NCBI GenBank assembly: GCA_043228905.1
Contig: JBHGNT010000004.1
Span: 13,950,001-14,014,000, forward strand
Length of the DNA: 64,000 bases
DNA from: Azolla caroliniana
Taxonomy: Eukaryota; Plantae; Polypodiophyta
Direction: 5' to 3'
Shown here piece after piece: positions 54,063-64,000 of this stretch. The position numbers were made by a program, and so were the translations under genes. The number at the start of each line of letters is the position of its first letter. The stretch's first letter is position 1. The notes beneath the pieces are model-generated. The model saw only the letters and a list, made by a program, of their open reading frames with translations, was not told where the DNA came from and made no database searches.

Positions 54063-57000
54063 TTATTGCGTAATGTCTTTAGTACTCCCCCTCAAGCTTG
54101 GCAAGTCAGAGATCGTCAATCCGAGCTCGGTCATGAATTGCCATAGCTTGTCGGCTCCTAAGGCTTTAGTGAAGATGTCTGTTGTTTGAAGATTGGTGCT
54201 AATGTGTTGTAGGTCGACATCACCAGCTAGAACGCGCTCTCGGATGAAGTGATAGTGCACTTCGATGTGCTTTGTCTGCACGTGGAACACCGGGTTCCGA
54301 GCCAGATAGATATTGCTCATGTTGTCGCAGTAAAGGGAAGTCGGATCCTTGATGGGTACGCCCAGATCCTTGAGTATCCTCTTGAGCCATACGGCTTCGC
54401 ATGCGGCCATTGCCGGGCCCCTATATTCCGCCTTTGTGCTCGAAAGAGCGACGGTTGGTTGCTTTTTGCTGCTCCAGGATATTGCTCCGTTGCTGAGGGA
54501 GAAAACAAATCTGGAGGTTGATCTTCTATCGGCTTTGTAGCCGGCCCAATCGGTGTCTGTGTACCCCTCAAGTCGTATTGGCATCGCGGTCTTGTAGAGG
54601 ATGTCGCAATCCATTGTGACGCTCACGTATCGTAGAACTCGCTTAGCGCAATCCAAGTGAGCATCACGCGGTGTTTGCATGAATTGGCTAAGGAGACCGA
54701 CTGGATAACTGAGACCGAGTCGAGTGATCGTGAGGTAGATGAGACTCCCGATGAGTTGCCGATACTGAGTCGGCTCACCCGCTTTGGTGCCGGAGTTCGC
54801 ATCTAGTTTGAGATTGCGATCGAGTGGGGTTGCCGCGGATTTGCACTCAGCCATCCCGAACTTGTATAACAAGTTGAGGATGTAGTGCCGTTGAGAGATC
54901 ATGATTCCGGCCGGAGTCCGAATTACCTCCATGCCGAGGAAGTAGTGGAGCTCCTTCATGTCCGTCATCTCGAACTTGTCGGAAAGGAGGGATTTGACCT
55001 TATTGATTTCAATGAGATGCTCACCTCCAATGACTAGGTCATCCACATATAAGATGATGACGATCGGACTGGCGGAATCGCTTCGTATGTAGAGGGAGTT
55101 GTACGATTTTGACATACGGAAGCCGATTTGATGAAGATATTGCGTTATCTTCAAATGCCAAGCACGCGGTGCTTGCTTGAGGCTGTAGAGTGGCTTCTTG
55201 AGTCGGCACACACCTTTCGGATGAATGCGTGATCCGAAACCGGGTGGTTGTATCATGTACACCTCCTCTTCTAATTCGCCTTGTAGAAAGGCATTCTTGA
55301 CATCCATTTGATGGGGGTGCCACCCTTTCGCCGCGGCAAGCGCAATTACAGTCCGTACCGTCGTCATCTTTGCCAATGGGGCAAAGGTCTCCTCATAGTC
55401 AACCCCGTGCATTTGGGCATAGCCTTTCGCTACGAGTTGCGCTTTGTAGCGGTTGACGGAACCGTCGGCGTTGTACTTCACTTTGTAAATCCATCTGCAT
55501 CCGATCGCCTTTTTGTGTGGTGAGGTGGGAACGAGATCCCACGTCTCGTTCTTGCGTAGTGCCTGCATCTCCTCGTTCATGGCTTCGACCCATCGCGGAT
55601 CCTTGGCTGCTTTGGAAAAAGTTTCTGGCTCGCGTACTGTCGCCACCTTCATCATAAAGGCATAGTGATATGCCATGTAGTCGTTGTAGCCGAATCGACT
55701 GACCAGATTCTTTTCACGGGTGGAGCGACGGAGCTTTTCATTTGCAGAGATGAGGGATTTCTTAGCTCCGATTGGTACATCGAAGCCGCCGAACTCACTG
55801 TCGAGTGAGTGAGTTGACTCATCGTCATTGAAGCGATCGTCTGCGTATTCCGCCATTTTCGCCTTGCCTTTGTCCATCTTAGGGCTAGGCCGTGATGTGC
55901 TTTGATCGCTCAAAGGCTCTTGTGGTCCGCTTAGTCGGGTCGTGATCGGACTTTCTTCGAACATGCGCGTAAGGCGATCTTCATCCTGTATCTCTTATTC
56001 GGCGGATTCCTGGTCGAGCGGAGTCGGAGTCGGAGTTGTCTCTGGTGCGTACCAGGATGCGAACTCATCAAAAACGACGTCTCGACTTACTCGAGATTTT
56101 TGAGTTGAAGGGTTGTAGCACTTGTACCCCTTTTGCTCCAATGAGTATCCTACGAGGATACATTTCTCTGACTTCGGGTCAAGCTTTTGACGCTTTTTGT
56201 TGGGGATGTGTACATACACTATCGCACGGAATATGCGGGTGTGCAATAAGTCAGGCTTCTTTCCGAAGTATTTTTCGTGCAGAGTGAACTCATGCACGCC
56301 GGATGTTGTGCATCGGTTCATTAGGTAGACGATCGTATTTGCAGCTTCGGCCCAATATGACTTGGGCATATGCTTCTCGTTCATCATGACCCGTGCTACT
56401 TCGAGGATGTGCCGGTTTTTGCGCTCAGCTACTCCGTTTTGTTGCGGAGTGTGTCAACAAGTGAATTCTCGCCGAATTCCTTCCTTTTGGAGGTACGCCG
56501 TGAAATCGTCTGAGAAGTACTCCTTGCCACCATCTGATCGAAGGCATCGTACATGTCGGCCCGTGGCTTTCTTGACTTCATTCTTGAAATTTTGGAAGTG
56601 TTCGAACACTTCGCTCTTTTCCCGCATCGGGTAGATCCAAGTGTGCCTAGAGAAGTCGTCGATGAAGAGCACGTAATATTGGCATCCGCCGAATGTAGCC
56701 ATCTGTGCCGGTCTTCATACGTCAGAATGGACTACGTCGAGTAGACCTTTGCTCATGTTCCGCTCTTTCGGGAATGGGTGTCAATGTTGCTTGCCGAATT
56801 GGCACGCTTCGCATACACCTTCAATCTCCTTCGCTTTGAATGTTGGGAGTCCGATGACGACTCCTTTCGATTTCATTGCTTTGAGTTTGTTGAGATTGAT
56901 GTGGCCGATTCGCTTGTCCCATAGCTCTATGTCGGAGTCGGCTTTTGTGCTTTTCGCGAACATGGCGGATTTCATCTCGCGTGAATCGAGAATGAACATC

Positions 57001-58415
57001 CGGCCCTCTCTTCGTCCGTGTGCGATGAATCGACCTTCTTTTTCGATGAAGCAACCGCCTTGATTAAATTGAACTTGCATCCCTTGCTCTACAATTTGGC
57101 CGACGGAGACCAAATTCTTCGTAATGGTCGGTACATGCAAGACATTTTTAATGTAATTTTGCTTAGCTTCTTTTCCGAACGGAACATTGCCGATGTGCCG
57201 AATCGGGTGCGTAGTGTCATCTCCGGTTTCGACATAGCCGGGTCGGTCCGGCTCTCGAAGTTCTCGGAACCATTCTTGATGTGATGTCATATGGTTCGAG
57301 GCACTAGTTGAGGTAGCGGCCGACATAGAGTTTGCTCTATGTTTCATCATGAACATTCTGCCACGGTCGAAGTTGTGTGCATGCATTCCGCTACAATCTT
57401 CGTAGTCGGAGTTGTGCCTGTACATTCCGCCACGGTCGGAGTTGTGTGCATACATTCCGCCATGATCTTCGTAGTCGGAGTTGTGCCCGTACATTCCACT
57501 ATACTTTTCGTATTCGGAATTGTGCACGTAATTCGTGAGTTGTCGGCTTGTGGAAGTCGATTCACGCATCTTCTTTCGGCACTCTTCTTCGTGGTGACTG
57601 AGCTTTCCGCAATATCCGCATTCGGTTGTGTTTTGATGGCTCAGGCCGGAGTGGAAGCTCCCCCTTCTTGCGAAGGTTCCTCGTTGGATTCCGTTTTGCG
57701 GCTGAAATTGGGAGTTGTTATCGTAGGTTGAACCTCGTCCGCCTTGTCCTTGGCCGAATTGGCCTCTCGACTGTCTGTGTCCTCTTCCTCCGTTCGAGTG
57801 CGTGTAGAGCATGTGGCCTTCTGATTCATTGCTCCTTGTACGCACGTGGTTTTCTTTGACCAATAGCATTGATTGGAGCTCGAAGAAGGAGGGAGATTTC
57901 TCCCGTGCTAGAATGGCGGTTCGCATCGCGCCGAACCATGGTGCGAGGCCGCTGAGGCATATTATTTGCACCATCTCATCATCATCGATACTTACGCTTA
58001 TTGATCCGAGCGAGTCGCAAAGCTCTTTGATCTTCAAGGTGTATGTCATGATGGACATGTCCCTTTGTTGAATGTTGTTCAACTCTTGGTGGAGTTGAAG
58101 CTTCCTCGCGGTCGTGTTGGCGGCGAAAATCTTTTGTAGATTTTCCCACACTTCGTTCGGCGTCTTGGCTTCTCGAATGTAACCGAGCATGTGATCGTGA
58201 ACACATGTCGCCAAGCAATACATCACGCGGCTTGCGGCTTGCTCCCATGTTGCGTACCCGGGAGCCGCTTCGGCGGGTCGGTCTTCATGCGCTCCTTTGA
58301 TGTAGCTCCAATAGCCTTGTCCGACAAGGTATTGGTGCATCTTGTACTCCCAAGATGCGAAGTTGTTTCGATCCAACTTCTCGGTAGGGAGAGCACTCCC
58401 CATTTGAGTATTCAT
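54063..58415 (-). pseudogene. copia-3 gag-pol, nearly complete but with stops, a frameshift and a lost protease DSG motif
   Basis: ORFs 56781-58415, 56454-56702, 55995-56387, 54063-55964; LYVDDL, YTDTDWAG, SDGGKEY. Confidence 0.93.
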
Positions 58416-58552
58416 TATGTCGATTCTTCTTCTTCTTCTTCTCTCTTCGAATGCGAGCTATGTAGCGAAGCTACGATAGCGATGAGCCGGTTCTTGGTCG
58501 TCGGCGTGGAGCACAACACACGATCACGATGAGGCAAATGGGCTAGATTGAG

Positions 58553-61500
58553 TGTTGGCCGGTCAAAGAAGGCAAATGGGAAAGCAAGGTCGGATCGGAT
58601 AAATATAGAAATAGGAATAGAATTATTAGGAGGGACGGATCCGGTAGTTGTAACCGATCCGGATCCGAACCGATTCAGTTTCGGTTAACGGTTGCCTACC
58701 GAGCACCGATTGTAATCTGGCCGGATGCCTATAAAAGGATCCGATGTTTTGTAATGAAGTTGCGAAGAATTAATATAGTTTTGCTTATGCTGATTAATCT
58801 TGTCTTCGTCTGTGCTTAAGTGTAATTATCATACGCGTGTATTAACATCCTATCCCTACCACCCCTTTGGAGAAGTGTCGGATAGACACCTGTGTTGCGG
58901 CTAGTCCAACCATACATACAACACTATTTTGGCGACCACGATTCCTGCAGAGTGCAGAGGACAACCGGGGGATGGATGTCTAGACAAAATAACGACCACA
59001 TCACCGAAAGAGGGAGACGCCACGCCGAACGGCAGCGACGACGGGAAGCCCTGCAGCAAGCCGTCGACGAGATCCGGCGCGATCGGTCATTCTCAAAAAC
59101 GCTTCGGCAAATCGCAGAAGAAGCACTGCAGTTCCAGGTTCTACAAGCTTCCGACGAAGGCAGTAGCATAACCAGCCTCCAAGAAGCGGAGACACTACTA
59201 CAGACTCTCGCCGGCGGCGACGGGGACGCAACGGCATTTGCAACATTAGAGGCGGATTCGGATAGCGGGGAAAGCGTGGGATCCCGCTATAAAAGCAGCC
59301 ACGAGAACAACCCCTTTGAGTCGGATCACTCAGCAACATCGGAGCCAGAGGAGGAAATAACTCTGGAGTTCGGTGACCGGCAATCGCCGAGGAGGGAGGA
59401 GCGGATACCAACACCACCCGCGGAGGAACCGCAGGAGCGGTTATCAACACCACCCGCGGAGGAACCGCAGGAGCGGATACCAACACCACCTGCGGAGGAA
59501 CCGCAGGAGCGGAGACCGACATTCGAAGGCCTGCAGGTGGACTGGCTCCACTTCATCACTGAAGGACTGAAAGAGGCGATAAAGCACTTGGTGGAAGGGA
59601 AGAAGCCATGGGCCGGAATATCCCAATGGTTAACAGTGTTGGTCCCACCGGTGTCCCCCATCAAGCACAAGCAAAGAAGTCGGCAGGAGACTACCCCGAA
59701 GCAAACCATGAAGCGCCGACGAATCCTAGAGAAACACACTCCAGGATGGACACAGGAAGAAGAAGCGCCGCCGGAAGAGGGATCATCCCGACAGCCGCGG
59801 AAAGAAGGCTCATCTCGACAACCGAGGGAAGAAGACTCCTCCCGACAGCAACGGGAGGAAGGCTCATCACGGCAGCCACAGAAACAGCAACAGCAACCGA
59901 CAACGAAGAAGAAAAAGGCGGAAAAAGGCAAGGAGAAGCTGGCAAAGAAGACCAGCAAGAGGCAAACCGACACCGAACCAGTAACGCTCGAATCGGAACC
60001 GGTACCAGTAAAGGAACCAATAGTGGCACCGACGGAGGACGCTGAAACAGAGGAAGACTCATCCGAACCGATGTTAATACTACCACCCAGGCAAGGAAAG
60101 GAGAAACGAGCGATAAGACCGACCCCAACAGCGGACGGAACTCAGCAACGGGCAAAAGAACCGCCTCCAGTAACCGGAACAGAAGCGACACAGGATGAAG
60201 GTCTGTCGGCACCAAAGACGGCAGTACCGGAACCGACGGCGGCGGAGTTCGAAGAACAAAGAAAGGAACAAGCGCCGGAACAAGAGAAGAGGCCGGAGAA
60301 ACAGCCGGAAAAACAGCCGGAGCTAGGCACGCCTGCTGACACCAACGAAGGCAGAACAAAGGCACAATGGCTAAGGTGGTTGTCAGGGCAGTTGTCGGGA
60401 GTAGCAGACCAGATGGAGAAAGAGGAGGAGCAAAGAGAAGAAGTGACTAGGACGACGACTAAGGATATGGTCATGCTCCGGGCACAATTACATGAGCTAT
60501 AAGAAGAGCTAGCACAGGCAAAAGAAGGCAGCCGACAAGCACAAGATGGCACCGAGCCGGTCGGGACATCAGAAAAGCAAGCCGAACCAGAAACGGAGAA
60601 GGCCTTGCAAACCGGCCCTGAGACCGAGAAGTTAATAGCAACTTTGAAAGAAGAATTACAGGCTCAGGAGGCATTGAGAGATAACGAAAGAGAGCAGCGG
60701 AAGTTGGTAGAAGACGACAGACGGCGAATGGAGGAAGGCCTTCGCCGAAGCAAAGCCACCAATGACCGACTACAAGAAGAAAACGGGACACTGCAAAAGG
60801 AAAAAGATAGGCTGCGCCGACGAATGGAGCAGGAAATTGAGCGGTTGCGAGAGGAACTCCGACAACAAAAGGACCGGGATGATCAGTTGCGAGCTCAGGC
60901 GAACCGACGCCTAAAATAGAAGACGGAGGAATTCGACCGACTATGTAAGGATTATAAACAGGCCACGTCGGACATCAAGAATCAGGCAGCAACGTACGAC
61001 CGACAGATAGAGAAGCTGAAAGAGCAGCTCAAGGAAAACCGCTTGGAATTGTCCAAAGCAAGGGAGGAAGTATCGACGGAGAAGACCTTGACGTCGGAAC
61101 AAAGAAAGGAGATGGATGGAAGTACTTCGGTAGAAAGTAGGGGAGCTGACAAAGAGCAGGAACGAGGAAAAAGTGAAGTCGACTTTCGAAATCAACAAAT
61201 GGCGGAGTACCTGTGACAAGCAAAAAGCCGACTCTGAAGCTCAAGCTCAGTTAATGGCCGACATCATCAAACGGATAAGGAAGGAAAAACAAGCAGCTTC
61301 GGAACAGGCTAAAGCAGGGGTTGACCGAATTAAGTTCATCATGTCAAGCTGGAGTACCCGAGCTCAGGCCAGCATAAATGAAAGCACGGAGAAACTCTGG
61401 AGGGAATGGGCACAACAGGCAGCTGAACTGCAGACACTCCGAGCTGATGCAGAAAATCGGAAGAAAACCGGAGATGGGTTCTATAAAATGGACGAAGAAA

Positions 61501-62487
61501 GTATAGTCAACATCCGGGAAGAATTGTCGGAGGATTTCTATGCTCTAGCAGAAGAGCATCTCAAGGAAATCCGAGGGTTAGTAGAGAGGTTGGATGACGG
61601 GCAGCTCGAAACCCAACTAGAATTGGAAGGGTACGAGAAGGACCGACTGCGACAGGAAGCCGAGGGACACACAACGCCGATCTCCATTAGTGAGGGCGAG
61701 CGACCGGCTGAAGAGGACCCAACCAACAATGCACCCCGACAAGAATTACCCGAGGAAGAACTTCCGGAGCAAGAGCAGGTTGATGTCGGGGATGATGCAG
61801 AGTGGAGACAGAGAAGTACCGAATCCGGGGAGGAAAGGACACAACCAGTGGAAACCGGAGAGAGCGATACCGGGAACGGAACGGAGGTAGAGCAGGACAG
61901 ACCCGGACAGGATACAGAAGAAACACCGGTACTACCGGTACAAGCAGAGTCGGAGCAGCAAGATGCGAAAAGGCAGCCAATCCAATCGGAAGTCGGAGAC
62001 GGCACAGGCAAAACAACACTTGAAACCTCTGAGCGGAGTTTGCTGGATAATTTGGAGGAAGACTGAAGCCGGCTGTGGGTTCGAAGTGCAATGCACTTTC
62101 CCACGGGCGTGCCATGTGTTGGCCGGTCAGAGAAGGCAAATGGGAAAGCAAGGTCGGATCGGATAAATATAGAAATAGGAATAGAATTATTAGGAGGGAC
62201 GGATCCGGTAGTTGTAACCGATCCGGATCCGAACCGATTCGGTTTCGGTTAACGGTTGCCTACCGAGCACCGATTGTAATCTGGCCGGATGCCTATAAAA
62301 GGATCCGATGTTTTGTAATGAAGTTGCGAAGAATTAATATAGTTTTGCTTATGCTGATTAATCTTGTCTTCGTCTGTGCTTAAGTGTAATTATCATACGC
62401 GTGTATTAACATCCTATCCCTACCACCCCTTTGGAGAAGTGTCGGATAGACACCTGTGTTGCGGCTAGTCCAGCCATACATACAACA
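58553..62487 (+). mobile_element. Young non-autonomous LTR element (3.9 kb) lacking gag/pol
   Basis: 371-bp LTRs 58553-58923 and 62117-62487 differing at 3 positions by my count; TSD ttgag/tcgag; PBS-like tggcgaccac at 58930 (tRNA-Arg-like); no clear PPT. Confidence 0.93.
58976..62066 (+). pseudogene. Single ~1030-aa charged, low-complexity, coiled-coil ORF of unknown function
   Basis: One reading frame once TAA 60500, TAG 60917, TAG 61131 (each one C>T from Gln) and a 4-bp duplication at ~61111-61118 are reverted; 3x ER.(P/S)TPPAEEPQ repeat. Confidence 0.75.
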
Positions 62488-62584
62488 TCGAGCTACCAAT
62501 TCTCTCTGATACCATGTAAAGAATCAAGAGATGGATTCTTGTGAAGCAGAATAGGTGTGAACTCTGTGTGTGTGTGTGTGTATG

Positions 62585-63580
62585 AGATAGAGATAGATAG
62601 ATAGATAGATAGATTATATTATCGTCTTTGGAGGTCAAATATGACCTATGAGACCAAAAATATTACATTTCACGTGATACATGTGAAAGTGAGTAGTGAC
62701 TCTCGATGTTCAAGAACTTTACCAATGAATGTTGCAATTGAGAGTGCACATTGTGGTTGTGAGAGGAATTCATGCAAAGTATGGGCTCGATCGTAGAGAT
62801 GTGGAAAGCATGGTCGAATATGATCAAAGGCAGAGCATTGTATCAAAGTGTGATACTCAGACTTGCGAACTTGTTTAGGGCAAAGTGTGCATACCCGACC
62901 ACTCTCATCACTTGTACCCCAACGCCCTGTTTCACATCGCAATGCATGTGAGCTAAGTCGCATGGAAGCAATGGTTCGAATGGCAAATAACGGTATGGGC
63001 TCTAACATGTATGGATGTGTACGATTTCCCCGTTCCACAAACAATATGGTTTTGTAGTTAGGTGCAACATGTGGAGTATAATGTGTGAAGCGTGAGCCTC
63101 TATATTTGTCCCATGTCATGATACATTGGCGTTGCAAAAATGCCTCATTTACAGAGGAATCTAATGATGCATCATGAAGCAAGTGTCTTGCATCCCATCT
63201 ACCAAACCATTTTTCTATATCTTGCATCCAACCGGAACACAAAATTTTGCTTTTATGCGTCTTTTGAATCTTTTTGCTTGCTTCCCACGCAATTCTAGGA
63301 AGTCGATGTGAGGGACTTTTTTGAACCTTAAGCATGTATTCAACAACCCTTTCCATGGCCATGATCTCAATGGGAAGCGATCCCGTCTCAAGGAGGAGGA
63401 GGGTGTAGGGCGTTTGTTTCTTAACTTGTAGAAACTTGTTAAGAAAATGCTTTTGGACATTTTCAAACTCTTTCCACATAGATTTAGGGATGTTATCGCC
63501 CCATACTTCCACCCCATAGAGAAGAACCGGTGTCACCAAAGTGTCGAAAAGATATTTCTTGAGGACCCAACACTTAATAT
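62585..63580 (-). mobile_element. 3' end of an RTE/RTEX-like LINE (post-RT region, Zn finger, (CTAT)n tail)
   Basis: LFDTLVTPVLLYGVEVWG, RLSSHALRCETGRW..CTLC..EYHTLIQC; stop at 62670; tetranucleotide tail 62585-62612. Confidence 0.8.
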
Positions 63581-64000
63581 TGTTGGGAGACAGGTCCCTC
63601 CGGATGGGAAGGGAGAAGAACAGTGCCGACGAACAAACTCGGCCGAGGCCGAAACGGTATGATGAGTACCCGGCTACGGAGAGCCGGATGGTGCAGGCCC
63701 GGTATGAACCGGATGAAGAGTACTCGGCTACGGAGAGCCGGATGGTGCAGGCCCGGTATGAACCGGATGAGGAGTACCCGGCTACGGAGAGCCGGATGGT
63801 GCAGGCCCGGTATGAACCGGATGAAGAGTACCCGGCTACGGAGAGCCGGATGGTGCAGGCCCGGTATGAACCGGATGAGGAGTACCCGGCTACGGAGAGT
63901 CGGATGGTGCAGGCCCGATATGAACCGGAGAAAGAGACATACTCGTAAATATGTTTCTGAGAGCCCATCGAGGCTATATTTGTAAATAGCCGAAAAGTCA
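63581..64000. mobile_element. Probable LTR inserted in the LINE, containing a 54-bp tandem repeat (~5 copies, 63655-63930)
   Basis: tgttgg start exactly where LINE homology stops; near-perfect 54-bp units; cut by window end. Confidence 0.55.

Larger units (their letters stand above)
53575..62580 (-). mobile_element. Ty1/copia (copia-3) with partial LTRs and an insertion in its leader
   Basis: PBS tggtatcagag at 62503-62513 (-) next to LTR sequence starting tgtaaag at 62514; PPT 53787-53798 next to the LTR end at 53786; outer limits approximate. Confidence 0.88.

Noticed and set aside
59001-62151. Long antisense ORFs in the non-autonomous LTR element and in the copias
   Set aside because: Shadow frames of purine-biased coding sequence with no independent motifs
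62670-63968. 432-aa ORF as a single gene
   Set aside because: Chance fusion of a stop-free 54-bp tandem repeat in an inserted element with the LINE C-terminus

Overview
Land-plant genomic DNA, probably from a seed-free plant such as a bryophyte (inferred from the retrotransposon types). The only intact host gene is a 12-exon borate exporter (BOR1 family, SLC4-like) on the minus strand at 12664-17997 (663 aa by my exon reconstruction). The rest is nested, mostly decayed transposons: a chromodomain Ty3/gypsy interrupted by a Ty1/copia, two more related copias, non-chromodomain gypsy remnants, solo LTRs, a 5.8-kb TIR DNA transposon filled with microsatellite, a young non-autonomous LTR element with one large non-gag/pol ORF, an RTE-like LINE end, and fused EF-1alpha/patellin gene fragments. 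The strongest signal is the BOR upstream leader: 7 of the 9 sense AUGs in about 750 nt are minimal AUG-stop uORFs, mostly 80-94 nt apart, resembling a multimerised version of the boron-sensing AUG-stop element known from Arabidopsis NIP5;1/BOR1. Other cis-signals read from the sequence are a Tf1-type self-priming PBS, two -1 frameshift signals (one a pseudoknot between PR and RT), heat-shock elements in two LTRs, and a conserved hairpin over the copia PPT/LTR junction. All coordinates were read by eye; no searches were run.
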